Source: Candidatus Doudnabacteria bacterium
GTDB taxonomy: Bacteria > Patescibacteriota > Doudnabacteria > UBA920 > O2-02-FULL-48-8
Assembly (NCBI GenBank): GCA_037200925.1
Contig: JBBCGO010000001.1
Span: 73,552-137,551, forward strand
Reading direction: 5' to 3'
DNA length: 64,000 nt
A program made the translations under genes and the position numbers. Positions within the stretch are counted from its first letter, which is position 1; each line of letters opens with the position of its first letter. Of the stretch, positions 28,665 to 37,978 are shown piece after piece. Below the pieces are notes generated by a model. That model did not search any database. It saw only the letters and a program-made list of their open reading frames with translations, and was not told where the DNA came from.

Positions 28665-29633
28665 ATGGGAACAATAAAAGATTTTATCAAACATCATTAC
28701 CGCCATTTCAATTCGGCTGTTGTGATCGACGCGGCTGAGGCTTATGACAAACATTTAAAAAACGGCGGCAAGATGTTTTTGGCCATGGGCGGCGCTATGA
28801 GCACGGCTGAACTGGGATTGTCTTTGGCCGAAATGATACGCCAGAATAAGATCCACGCCGTCTCAACTTCCGCTAACAATCTTGAAGAAGATATTTTTAA
28901 CTTAGTCGCGCACGATCACTATAAGCGCGTGCCTAATTACCGCGACCTTACCCCTGCCGATGAAGTGGATCTGCTGAACAACCATCTTAACCGCGTAACC
29001 GACACATGTATTCCTGAAGAGGAGGCAATGCGCCGGATCGAACGGCATGTTTTGAAATTCTGGCAGAAAGCCGATAAGGCCAATGAGCGGTACATGCCAT
29101 ATGAATATATGTATCAGCTGATCAAGAGCGGGGTTTTGAAGGAGTATTACCAGATCGATCCCAAAGATTCCTGGGTTTTGGCGGCATGCGAAAAAAATAT
29201 TCCGATCTTTACACCCGGCTGGGAAGATTCAACTTTGGGCAATATTTTTGTGGCTAATGTGATACGAAAAGACGTATCTAATTTCCAGGTGGTGAAGTCA
29301 GGTATGGAACAAATGGCTTTTTTGATCGATTGGTATAAGGAAAATTCCAAAAATAGCTCAATCGGCTTTTTCCAGATCGGCGGCGGTATCGCCGGCGACT
29401 TTCCGATCTGCGTCGTACCTCTCATCCAGCAGGATCTCAAGGAAGACTGCAAGCTCTGGGGTTATTTTTGCCAGATATCGGATTCCACGACTTCTTACGG
29501 TTCATACTCCGGTGCCGTGCCAAACGAGAAAATCACTTGGGGAAAATTGGATGTAACTACGCCCAGATTTGTGATAGAGTCAGACGCTACAATTGTGGCG
29601 CCATTGATATTTGCATATGTACTTAATCAATAA
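28665..29633 (+). CDS. Deoxyhypusine synthase-like protein
   Basis: GGAMSTAELG, NLEED, NRVTD, IGGG, GSYSGAVPNEKITWGK, IESDATIVAPL. Confidence 0.92.
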   Translation: MGTIKDFIKHHYRHFNSAVVIDAAEAYDKHLKNGGKMFLAMGGAMSTAELGLSLAEMIRQNKIHAVSTSANNLEEDIFNLVAHDHYKRVPNYRDLTPADEVDLLNNHLNRVTDTCIPEEEAMRRIERHVLKFWQKADKANERYMPYEYMYQLIKSGVLKEYYQIDPKDSWVLAACEKNIPIFTPGWEDSTLGNIFVANVIRKDVSNFQVVKSGMEQMAFLIDWYKENSKNSSIGFFQIGGGIAGDFPICVVPLIQQDLKEDCKLWGYFCQISDSTTSYGSYSGAVPNEKITWGKLDVTTPRFVIESDATIVAPLIFAYVLNQ

Positions 29634-29708
29634 CGCCCCCGGCGCTGATGCGCCACCCCCTCTTAAATTAAGAGGGGGTGAATTAGCCAAAGCGTTAGCG
29701 GGGGAGTT
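29632..29708. repeat. Nested intergenic palindrome
   Basis: Perfect 13-bp IR CACCCCCTCTTAA-A-TTAAGAGGGGGTG (29654-29680), GGCGC-TGAT-GCGCC, outer AACGCCCCCG..CGGGGGAGTT. Confidence 0.75.
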
Positions 29709-29721
29709 ATTTCCTTAGAAT

Positions 29722-30639
29722 ATGTTTGACCCCAAAAAGCCATATGAACCAAAGCCATTTTTGGACATCTTCAACCTCGGCATCAAACCCGAGGTTACTT
29801 TTGAGTCCTCAGATGCCGTTATCGTACCTTTCGGATATGAAGGCACTGTGACTTTTGGGCATGGCACAGACAAGGGACCAGCAGGATTGATCGAAGCTTC
29901 CCTCCAGGTCGAGACTTTTGACGACGAGTTGCTGGATGATGTACAGGATCACATCAGAATTTGGACAACGCAGCAGCCGGAACTGCCTAAGGAGCCAGAA
30001 GAAGCGTGCAAGTTTTTGAAAAGTATTGTTGAAAATATCATCGAGCAAAAGAAACTGCCGGTGGTTGTGGGTGGGGAACACAGCATCAGTTTTGGTTTTG
30101 CCCAGGCTTTGAACGAGCATTACAAAGATGTTTCGGTTCTGGTTTTTGATTCGCATTTGGATCTTGGCGACAGGTGGTCGCCGAAACCTTTTACTCATGC
30201 GGCTTGGCTAAAATATTCTCTGGATTTGCCGAATATTAAAAAAGCCACATTGGTCGGCATCCGGAATTTTAATAAACTTGAATATGAATTTTGGCAGAAC
30301 CATCCCGAACGCGTGAAAGTTTTCCTGGCAAGGGACCGTAAGAACTGGAAGATCGACGAGATCGTCGATAGCTTAGGCGAAAATGTATATTTAAGTTTTG
30401 ATATTGATGCTTTTGACGCGAGCATGATCCCGTCCACCGGGACGCCTGAACCCGGGGGACCTGCGTGGGACGAAATTCTGCCGATAATCAAAGCAGTAGC
30501 TCAGAAGAAAAATATCATAGGGATTGATCTGGTGGAATTGGCGCCGATAAAAGAACTTCAAGCGCCGGACTTCATGGCTGCCAAGCTTTTGATGAAAATG
30601 ATCTTATACAAATTCAAGGCGAAAGCGCTGAAAGCATAA
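29722..30639 (+). CDS. speB: Agmatinase / ureohydrolase
   Basis: GGEHSIS, FDSHLD, SFDIDAFD, GTPEPGG, DLVELAP. Confidence 0.9.
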   Translation: MFDPKKPYEPKPFLDIFNLGIKPEVTFESSDAVIVPFGYEGTVTFGHGTDKGPAGLIEASLQVETFDDELLDDVQDHIRIWTTQQPELPKEPEEACKFLKSIVENIIEQKKLPVVVGGEHSISFGFAQALNEHYKDVSVLVFDSHLDLGDRWSPKPFTHAAWLKYSLDLPNIKKATLVGIRNFNKLEYEFWQNHPERVKVFLARDRKNWKIDEIVDSLGENVYLSFDIDAFDASMIPSTGTPEPGGPAWDEILPIIKAVAQKKNIIGIDLVELAPIKELQAPDFMAAKLLMKMILYKFKAKALKA

Positions 30640-30658
30640 ACTTTTGGAGGAAACTAAG

Positions 30659-30967
30659 ATGGCGGATGAAACCACCCAATCCGCATCGGATTGGTCGCGC
30701 AATCAGATACTCTGGTATCTGAAATACGTGAAAGCCGAGTATTTTTTGCTTACCAACGAGAACGAGTCCCGGAAGTACGGGGATGCTCAAAAGGCCCTTG
30801 AAGCCGGAGATCCAACTCCCGCCAAAGAGCTGCTGATACGAGACCGCGAGATCTGGTTCAAATGGGGCGAGACCATGCCCATCACCTGCCCTCACAAGGA
30901 GAGCCAGAAGAAGGATATTGACGGACATATTCGGCAGTTTGACAACTGGCTTGAGGCATTAGGTTAG
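30659..30967 (+). CDS. Orphan hypothetical protein
   Basis: GGAGG SD; followed by hairpin + TTTTCTTTTT. Confidence 0.6.
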   Translation: MADETTQSASDWSRNQILWYLKYVKAEYFLLTNENESRKYGDAQKALEAGDPTPAKELLIRDREIWFKWGETMPITCPHKESQKKDIDGHIRQFDNWLEALG

Positions 30968-31072
30968 GACGCTTGTCTTAGCCTTTTCTTTTTGCAATTC
31001 TTCTTATTGACAAAATCATATAAAAGGGGTTATATCTTAATATCCGACAAACCCGAATGGGGGATAGCAACC

Positions 31073-31324
31073 ATGGCAAATGAACGGATGCTTCGAGACC
31101 GTGTACCTCTTAGCGCAGAGGAGAGATCTGTCCTGGTGGGATGGCTGCGCTATCAGGCGAGCCAACGCGATTTAAATAAGCAATTTCTTGACTGCAGACT
31201 GATCGAAGAGAACGCCAAAATATTGGAGGAAGATGGCTTTGTAACCAATGTGATTATTGAGTTGATGGTTGCGGAGGCTAAAAAACTCAACCAATGGATT
31301 GAGAAATTTTCCCTGCCGAGATGA
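31073..31324 (+). CDS. Orphan hypothetical protein
   Basis: Upstream TTGACA, purine-rich SD-like GGGGG; followed by hairpin + TTTTCTTTTT. Confidence 0.55.
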   Translation: MANERMLRDRVPLSAEERSVLVGWLRYQASQRDLNKQFLDCRLIEENAKILEEDGFVTNVIIELMVAEAKKLNQWIEKFSLPR

Positions 31325-31380
31325 TTTTTGTTTCGGCCTTTTCTTTTTGGCCGGAATTTAGTATAATAAAGCAGATTTTT

Positions 31381-34008
31381 ATGTCTTTTTTATCCAATCT
31401 ATTCTCATCTTCGAATGAAACGGTGGTCAGGCAGCTCGGCAAAAAAGTTGCCGAGATAAACTCGCTTGAAAAAGAATTTGAAGGCAAGTCGCAAAGCGAC
31501 TTGCAAACTCTAACAGCTAAGTGGAAATCCGACTTGGCGCCTTTAGATTTGGAACAAACCAAAGAGTATCTCGGAAAGATATTGCCTGAGGCTTTTGCTT
31601 CCGTGCGTGAGGCGGCCAAAAGAACGATTGGCCAGAGGCATTATGACGTGCAACTTCTTGGCGGCATGGTTCTGCATCAAGGCTCAATAGCTGAAATGCG
31701 AACCGGTGAAGGAAAAACCCTGGTTGCGACCCTGCCTTTATATTTGAACGCTTTGGCCGGACGCGGCGCGCATCTGATCACAGTTAACGATTACCTGGCC
31801 CGCTGGCAGGCATCGTGGATGGGCCAGATCTACCATTATTTGGGATTATCCGTGGCCTCAATTCAGCATGAGCAGGCATTTTTGTATGATCCGGGTTATG
31901 CCCCGGAAGAGGAAGAGATCAAGCAGATCGAATCCAAGGTCCAGGGTTTGGTTTTGGATGTCAAACACATGCGGCCTATTCCGAGGCGCCAGGCGTATGC
32001 TTCGGACATCACCTACGGCACGAATAATGAATACGGATTTGATTATTTGCGCGATAATATGGTTTGGGACAAGAACCAGATGGTTCAGCGGGACCTGTTT
32101 TATGCCATTGTGGACGAGGTTGATTCCATTTTGATAGACGAGGCGCGCACGCCTTTGATAATCTCTGCGCCCGATACGGACCCGACCGATAAATACCTGG
32201 AATTTGCCAGGGCTGCGAATAAACTTGTCAAAGATGAGGATTATACAGTAGATGAAAAACACAAGGCTGTGATGATAAATGACAAAGGGATTTCCAGCCT
32301 TGAAAAAATTTTGAATGTTCCAAATCTTTACAATGATGTTGCGCTCGTGCATCACAACGAAAACGCTTTGCGCGCCAAAGAGCTTTTCAAAAGGGACCAG
32401 CAGTATGTGGTCAAAAGCGGTGAAATAATCATTGTAGACGAGTTTACCGGCCGCATGATGTACGGCCGCAGATATTCCGAGGGTCTGCACCAGGCGATCG
32501 AAGCCAAAGAAGCCGCGGTTTACCGCCAGCCTGTGAAGATCCAGCAGGAAAGCAAGACCTTGGCCACAATTACGTTCCAAAATCTGTTCCGTTTATATCA
32601 CAAACTGGCGGGCATGACCGGTACTGCAGAAACTGAAGCTGAGGAGTTCCACAAAATTTACACTTTAGAAGTGGTGCAGATCCCGACCAACCAGCCCATG
32701 GTCAGAAAAGATTCGCCGGATCAGGTTTATAAGAACGTGGAAGGAAAATTCACCGCGCTTATCAGAACTATTAAAGAACTGCATGAAAAGGGCCGGCCGA
32801 TGCTGATCGGTACGATCTCAATTGAGAAGAACGAGATGATGTCCGAGCTTCTAACCCAGGCGGGAGTGCCGCACGAAACCCTGAATGCAAAAAATAACGA
32901 CCGCGAGGCGCATATTATCGCGCAGGCGGGGCGCTTGGGCGCAGTCACCCTGGCCACGAACATTGCAGGAAGAGGAGTTGACATTATTTTGGGCGGAAGC
33001 ATTCCGGATCCTGTTGAGCAGGAAAAAGTGAAAGAACTCGGCGGCCTGTTTGTCATCGGTACTGAGCGCCATGAATCGCGCCGTATTGATAACCAGCTGC
33101 GCGGACGCGCAGGGAGGCAGGGAGATCCCGGTGCTTCGCAATTTTTTCTTTCTTTGGAAGACGACCTGATGCGCTTGTTCGGCGGCGAGCGGGTGCAGAA
33201 AATGATGGAAACTCTGGGCATTCCGGATGACCAGCCCATAGAACATGGGATTATTTCCAAATCCATTGAATCGGCCCAGCGCAAGATCGAAGGGTTGAAC
33301 TTTGACACCCGCAAACATGTTTTGGAATACGACGATGTCATGAACAAGCAGCGGACAGTGATCTACGGCAAGCGAAAAGAAATTTTGGATCGCACGGAAC
33401 CTTTATCTGAAGATATTCTGGGCATGATAGAAAAAGAAATTACGAACGTTGTTAATTTCGCATTGGCGCAGGAAGATGTGAATTTAGAGGAGCTGCATAA
33501 AGAAATTTCGGGATTTTTGCCGCTGCAGCAAACGGACATCATTGATTCGCATGATGCGATCGAACTGGTCAATCACTTTGTAGAAATCGCAGAGCGCGAA
33601 TACAAAGCCAAAGAACAGAAGGTCGGACGCGAAGTTCTGAACAATATGGAAAAATTGGTGTACCTGCGTTCAATTGATACTCTGTGGCAGGAACATTTGG
33701 ATACAGTGGAGCATTTGCGCGATTCGGTCAGACTCCGCGGTTATGGCCAGAGAGATCCATTGCAGGAATTCAAAAATGAGGGCTATCAGATTTTCCAAAG
33801 GTTGCTGGAAGAGATCAATAAGCAAATTGTTTTTACTATTTTCAGAATTGATGTCGTGCCACAGCAGGCGCCGGTGATCCGGCTAGATCCTTCGCAAAAA
33901 GAAATCGGGCGCAACGACCCTTGTCCATGCGGAAGCGGCAAAAAATGGAAAAAATGCGGCCTTTTAAACACGCCCGAGCATCAAAGATTGATGGCGCAAA
34001 AGACATAA
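31381..34008 (+). CDS. secA: Preprotein translocase ATPase SecA
   Basis: EMRTGEGKT, DEVDSILIDEARTPLIIS, HESRRIDNQLRGRAGRQGDPG, GRNDPCPCGSGKK. Confidence 0.98.
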   Translation: MSFLSNLFSSSNETVVRQLGKKVAEINSLEKEFEGKSQSDLQTLTAKWKSDLAPLDLEQTKEYLGKILPEAFASVREAAKRTIGQRHYDVQLLGGMVLHQGSIAEMRTGEGKTLVATLPLYLNALAGRGAHLITVNDYLARWQASWMGQIYHYLGLSVASIQHEQAFLYDPGYAPEEEEIKQIESKVQGLVLDVKHMRPIPRRQAYASDITYGTNNEYGFDYLRDNMVWDKNQMVQRDLFYAIVDEVDSILIDEARTPLIISAPDTDPTDKYLEFARAANKLVKDEDYTVDEKHKAVMINDKGISSLEKILNVPNLYNDVALVHHNENALRAKELFKRDQQYVVKSGEIIIVDEFTGRMMYGRRYSEGLHQAIEAKEAAVYRQPVKIQQESKTLATITFQNLFRLYHKLAGMTGTAETEAEEFHKIYTLEVVQIPTNQPMVRKDSPDQVYKNVEGKFTALIRTIKELHEKGRPMLIGTISIEKNEMMSELLTQAGVPHETLNAKNNDREAHIIAQAGRLGAVTLATNIAGRGVDIILGGSIPDPVEQEKVKELGGLFVIGTERHESRRIDNQLRGRAGRQGDPGASQFFLSLEDDLMRLFGGERVQKMMETLGIPDDQPIEHGIISKSIESAQRKIEGLNFDTRKHVLEYDDVMNKQRTVIYGKRKEILDRTEPLSEDILGMIEKEITNVVNFALAQEDVNLEELHKEISGFLPLQQTDIIDSHDAIELVNHFVEIAEREYKAKEQKVGREVLNNMEKLVYLRSIDTLWQEHLDTVEHLRDSVRLRGYGQRDPLQEFKNEGYQIFQRLLEEINKQIVFTIFRIDVVPQQAPVIRLDPSQKEIGRNDPCPCGSGKKWKKCGLLNTPEHQRLMAQKT

Positions 34009-34022
34009 AAAAAGAGCCCTTC

Positions 34023-34337
34023 TCAAGTTGAGTCGGGCTTTGCAAGCAGGGCTCCGCACCATGGGCAAAACGGCGCGTCCCAGCTGGCTCGGACAGCGGG
34101 AGTCGGAAAAAATCCGTTATGCTCCGGTTCGCGGCACGAAGCTTTGATTTCCTCCGGGGTCAAACCGAATACTGCCTTGAACTTTTCTCGGTCTAAGAAT
34201 GCATTCGGCTCTCCGCATTCCTCGCAAAACGGGGAAATACTTCCATCAACGATCTGATGTCCGCATTTGATGCAGACTGCCAGATCCTTCCGGAAGTGGC
34301 GCTTAGTTTCGCCTAAAGGATCGTCTATCTGCGTCAT
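34023..34337 (-). CDS. Orphan zinc-ribbon protein
   Basis: CIKC, CEEC, CPWC motifs; GAGGAGG SD. Confidence 0.65.
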   Translation of the reverse strand: MTQIDDPLGETKRHFRKDLAVCIKCGHQIVDGSISPFCEECGEPNAFLDREKFKAVFGLTPEEIKASCREPEHNGFFPTPAVRASWDAPFCPWCGALLAKPDST

Positions 34338-34398
34338 TTATTATTCCTCCTCAACTAAAGAGTTTATCAAAGAATCATAAACAAGTCAACAGGTTTTT

Positions 34399-34974
34399 AT
34401 GAAAAACAAAACAATATTTTTGATTATTGGATTGCTGGCGCTTGTGTTTCTGATCTCGCAAAGTCACATCAAATCACCAAAAGCGATAATTACAGGTGAA
34501 AACTATGACACAAGCATCAAAACTATTCCCGGCGAACCGATAAAAGTAGATCACGTCATTGACGGGGATACAATAGTTTTTATCAACGGCGATCATTTGC
34601 GGTATGTGGGCGTGGACACGCCCGAAGAGTTTGACCAGCGAAAACCCGTGCAATGTTTTGCCAAACAAGCTGCGGAAAAAAATAAAGAACTGGTGGAAGG
34701 CAAAACGATCAAGTTCTACAAAGATGTTGATGATATGGACCAGTACGGCCGGTGGCTGGGATTCGTATATCTTGAGGACGGAACATTTGTGAATATGGAA
34801 TTGGTCAAACAGGGTTACGCCTTTGCATATCCGTATCCTCCTGATGTTTCCAAATCGGAAGAGTTTGCCGCTGCGGAATCTTATGCAAGGACCAATAAAT
34901 TGGGGTTGTGGAACGGCCAATGCACAATCTCAAAGCTGTCCACAGGCCGCGAGCAGACGAATCCTGCGCAATAG
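34399..34974 (+). CDS. Thermonuclease (SNase family), membrane-anchored
   Basis: VIDGDTI, RYVGVDTPE, DQYGRWL, LVKQGYA, LGLW. Confidence 0.93.
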   Translation: MKNKTIFLIIGLLALVFLISQSHIKSPKAIITGENYDTSIKTIPGEPIKVDHVIDGDTIVFINGDHLRYVGVDTPEEFDQRKPVQCFAKQAAEKNKELVEGKTIKFYKDVDDMDQYGRWLGFVYLEDGTFVNMELVKQGYAFAYPYPPDVSKSEEFAAAESYARTNKLGLWNGQCTISKLSTGREQTNPAQ

Positions 34975-35000
34975 TGTATAATTAATCCAACAACTGAATA

Positions 35001-35099
35001 TATATCAAGAGTGGCGGTGAAAGCTCTGGCTTTATGACCCGCCCGGCAACCCTCAACAAGAGAAGGTGCCAATTCCAGCCTCTAACGAGGAAAGATAAT
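35001..35099 (+). ncRNA. SAM-I (S-box) riboswitch
   Basis: TATCAAGAG..CTGGC..ATGA..CGGCAACC..AAGGTGCCAATTCC..AAAGATA follows the SAM-I consensus order; metK lies downstream; TATAAT just upstream (~34977). Confidence 0.88.
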
Positions 35100-35129
35100 A
35101 AAAAAACTTTCCTTCCGGAAGGTTTTTTT
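35100..35129 (+). terminator. Riboswitch expression-platform terminator
   Basis: AAAAAACTTTCC-TTCC-GGAAGGTTTTTTT directly after P1. Confidence 0.7.
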
Positions 35130-35147
35130 GTAAAAAAAGAAGCCTCG

Positions 35148-35558
35148 CTAGCGCGGGCTTGGTTTGAGGGGCACAGGGTCAACCAGTTGTTTTACGCAGT
35201 TGATCGCTGCTCCGTACTCGGCAAAAATTTCCTTAGGCAGCGCCTTGACCTTTTTTTTCAGGTCTTCCTGAACCGCTTGAGAGTTGGCGACGAAGACCAA
35301 AGGCTTGTGCATGTTCGCGAACACCGATTTGGTCTGGATCATGAACTCGCACGTATCCCGTTCAAACCGTTCCAGATGGGTCAGGTCGAACACAACAATG
35401 TTGAGCTTTTGGATAAAGCCAGGACGAAGCCCGAAGGTCAGCAGACCGATCTCTTGTTCGCTCATGGATTCGCCGATAATGATCTTGAGCATGCGAGCCT
35501 TAGGCCAGTCGCCGTTGTTCACTGAAATCGACATAGGGGCTCCTTGGGGAAATCGCAA
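35148..35558 (-). CDS. Orphan hypothetical protein, antisense between the riboswitch and metK
   Basis: 136-aa ORF (alternative ATG at 35534); AAGGAGG SD; promoter TTGACG-17-TAAACT at 35609-35581. Confidence 0.65.
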   Translation of the reverse strand: MRFPQGAPMSISVNNGDWPKARMLKIIIGESMSEQEIGLLTFGLRPGFIQKLNIVVFDLTHLERFERDTCEFMIQTKSVFANMHKPLVFVANSQAVQEDLKKKVKALPKEIFAEYGAAINCVKQLVDPVPLKPSPR

Positions 35559-35608
35559 TTCCTCCTTGCGATATTCAAGCAGTTTAGCGTTTAATCAACA
35601 CTACGTCA

Positions 35609-36547
35609 ATGCTTAAAACAGCCGAATTTGTCAGTCCCAAACACCCGGATAAAGTCTGCGATTTCATCGCAGATTCGATTTTGGACGCGTATCTTAAAGA
35701 TGACAAGGAAAGCCGGGTGGCGATCGAGGTCATGGGCGGTCATAAATTGATCACGATAAACGGGGAAGTCACTTCGCTGTCAAAACCAGATCTTGAAAAA
35801 TTGGTGCAAAATATTGTCGGCCTTGATTACAGGATCATCATCAATTTAACAATGCAAAGCGCGCAGATCGCCCAAGGAGTCGACATTGGAGGAGCAGGCG
35901 ACCAAGGTATTATGAAAGGGTATGCTACTAGCGAAACTCCGGCATACCTCCCGCTTGAATTCACTCTGGCCAGGGATCTTTGTAAAAAAATTTACGAAGT
36001 GTATCCGTATGACGGGAAAACGCAAGTGACGATCGAAAATGGGAATGTGGTCACCGTTGTGGCCAGTTTTCAAAATACAAAAAATGTCGAACTTTTAAAA
36101 CTTGTGCGGAATAATATGGAAGCCCGCGAGTATTTGATAAACCCGGCAGGAGAATGGACGCAAGGCGGATTCGATGCAGATACGGGTCTTTCAGGCAGAA
36201 AACTGATCATTGATAATTATGGGCCTGAGATACCAATCGGAGGAGGATCGTTTTCCGGCAAGGATTATACAAAAGTAGACAGGTCGGGCGCATATATGGC
36301 GCGCAAGATCGCTGTAGAGCTTATAAAGGATCGGAAAGCCAAGGAGGTTTATACTAAACTGGCATATGCTATAGGCAAAAGAGAGCCTGTCATGGCAGTG
36401 GCTATTATAGACGGCAAGGAAGAAGGAATTGTGGGCTTTGACCTGAGTCCTACCGGGATACGCCAATATCTTAAATTAGACCAAGTAAAATTTGCCGATA
36501 CGGCTACATGGGGCCATTTCGGACGAGGGTTTCCTTGGGATAAATAA
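35609..36547 (+). CDS. metK: S-adenosylmethionine synthetase (compact)
   Basis: HPDKVCD, GAGDQG, DGKTQV, DTGLSGRK, GGGSFSGKDYTKVDRS, WGHFG. Confidence 0.96.
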   Translation: MLKTAEFVSPKHPDKVCDFIADSILDAYLKDDKESRVAIEVMGGHKLITINGEVTSLSKPDLEKLVQNIVGLDYRIIINLTMQSAQIAQGVDIGGAGDQGIMKGYATSETPAYLPLEFTLARDLCKKIYEVYPYDGKTQVTIENGNVVTVVASFQNTKNVELLKLVRNNMEAREYLINPAGEWTQGGFDADTGLSGRKLIIDNYGPEIPIGGGSFSGKDYTKVDRSGAYMARKIAVELIKDRKAKEVYTKLAYAIGKREPVMAVAIIDGKEEGIVGFDLSPTGIRQYLKLDQVKFADTATWGHFGRGFPWDK

Positions 36548-36563
36548 ATGGTATTATAATGAC

Positions 36564-36698
36564 ATGATCCGGAAACGAGGCAGCATCTATGTCATCCTTT
36601 CAAAAAAGACGCACAAGGTGCTGGGAAAATTCAAGACCAGGAAAGCCGCTCTTGCGCGATTGCGCCAGATTGAATTTTTTAAACATTTCAAGAAATAG
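36564..36698 (+). CDS. Small basic protein (44 aa)
   Basis: MIRKRGSIYVILSKKTHKVLGKFKTRKAALARLRQIEFFKHFKK; TATAAT directly upstream. Confidence 0.65.
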   Translation: MIRKRGSIYVILSKKTHKVLGKFKTRKAALARLRQIEFFKHFKK

Positions 36699-36719
36699 AA
36701 TAAAAAACTGGAGGACCTT

Positions 36720-37127
36720 ATGGATAGGACCGCAAGGCGCGCGTTTCGGATCCTCGGCATCGTTCTGCTGGCGCTCGGGCTGACAGACATTCTGCGGGCG
36801 CTGATCGCGCACAGCTTGGGATTCTCCACGCCGGAGTACGATGTCGCGGTAATGCTCATAGTCGCAGGGTTGTTCATGCTGAACTGGAAGAAAGAGGCGG
36901 CTATGACGGCGATCATGTTGCTCGCAGGCGCCTATCTGCTGACGGGAACTGTTTGGCCGAAGCTCAACTGGTCGGTTGTCATTCTATCAACAATATTTCT
37001 GATCCTGATGTTCTCTGACCGCTACGACGTCTGGGATTCGGACCAGAGGATCGGTCGGATGAACAATCCCCCGCAAGCCGATCCCGATCGTGACGGAATA
37101 TACTCGGAATATCCCGGATCGCAATAA
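36720..37127 (+). CDS. Orphan membrane protein
   Basis: Several hydrophobic segments; GGAGG SD. Confidence 0.65.
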   Translation: MDRTARRAFRILGIVLLALGLTDILRALIAHSLGFSTPEYDVAVMLIVAGLFMLNWKKEAAMTAIMLLAGAYLLTGTVWPKLNWSVVILSTIFLILMFSDRYDVWDSDQRIGRMNNPPQADPDRDGIYSEYPGSQ

Positions 37128-37140
37128 TCAGGAGGTAGTC

Positions 37141-37350
37141 ATGATCCTAAGACTTCTCCGATGGGTCAGTTTAACGATTTTTGACCGCGACAGATCGCAT
37201 TATGAAGGAGAGGACTATCCTCACCCTTCCGCGCCAGTCAGACGATCCCGTGTATGGCCGCATGGTTTATCAGAGGATCTGGATGAGCACGGTTCTCCGT
37301 CTGACCAGCGCAGACTGCGCTTTGACGATGCCGGCAGGCCCAAGTGGTAG
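37141..37350 (+). CDS. Orphan small protein
   Basis: AGGAGG SD; followed by hairpin + TTTTTCTTTTT. Confidence 0.5.
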   Translation: MILRLLRWVSLTIFDRDRSHYEGEDYPHPSAPVRRSRVWPHGLSEDLDEHGSPSDQRRLRFDDAGRPKW

Positions 37351-37405
37351 CGTGAACCTTTCGTTCGCGCTTTTCTTTTTGGTTAATTTGTGGGAAAATA
37401 TAGCC

Positions 37406-37978
37406 ATGAAAATAATCCTCGGTTCAGGATCGCCAAGACGCCAAGAAATATTGAAAAATTGGGGTTATAATTTTGACGTCAGGATCCCACAGATCGATGA
37501 AAGATCAATCAGATCCGATGATTTCAAGTCTTTACCGGTTTTAATAGCTAGGAGCAAATCGGAAAATTTGAGAGAAAAAATCACCGAGCCTGCGATCTTA
37601 ATTACTTGCGATACGGTTGTTGTTCATGACGGCAAGCTCTATGAAAAGCCGCTGAGTGATGACGAGGCCCGGTCTTTTTTACTGTCCTACGGCAGCACAC
37701 CTGCGGAAGTGATATCCGGCGTAGTAGTTATGAATACCGAGAACAAAAAAATCGCGGAAGGAGTGGATTCGGCAAAAGTATATTTTTTGAAAATCCCGCT
37801 CAGTTTGATCGAAGAGATGATTTTGCTGGGGAAGGTTTTCGACTGGGCCGGCGCTTTCCATCCGGCCGATCCTGCTATCAAGCCGTACATAGCATATATT
37901 GAGGGCGAAAAAGATACGGTCATGGGATTGCCTGGATTTTTGACCAGGCGGCTGATCGACGAGGTTTCAAATGGATAA
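37406..37978 (+). CDS. maf: Maf-family nucleotide pyrophosphatase
   Basis: IILGSGSPRRQEIL, CDTVV, EKP, VMGLP. Confidence 0.9.
   Translation: MKIILGSGSPRRQEILKNWGYNFDVRIPQIDERSIRSDDFKSLPVLIARSKSENLREKITEPAILITCDTVVVHDGKLYEKPLSDDEARSFLLSYGSTPAEVISGVVVMNTENKKIAEGVDSAKVYFLKIPLSLIEEMILLGKVFDWAGAFHPADPAIKPYIAYIEGEKDTVMGLPGFLTRRLIDEVSNG

Noticed and set aside
31860-31990. Extra segment in SecA (EQAFLYDPG..KHMRPI) as an intein or palindrome insertion
   Set aside because: No intein termini and no DNA symmetry seen; it looks like a lineage-specific loop.
31858-33347. Long antisense ORFs within secA, and similar shadow ORFs in hppA, murC and the ATPase
   Set aside because: They lie opposite well-conserved genes, have no recognisable motifs, and are expected from codon structure.
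35034-35525. Plus-strand 163-aa ORF as the riboswitch-controlled gene
   Set aside because: It starts inside the aptamer, runs through the terminator, and is the shadow of the minus-strand ORF that has an SD and promoter.
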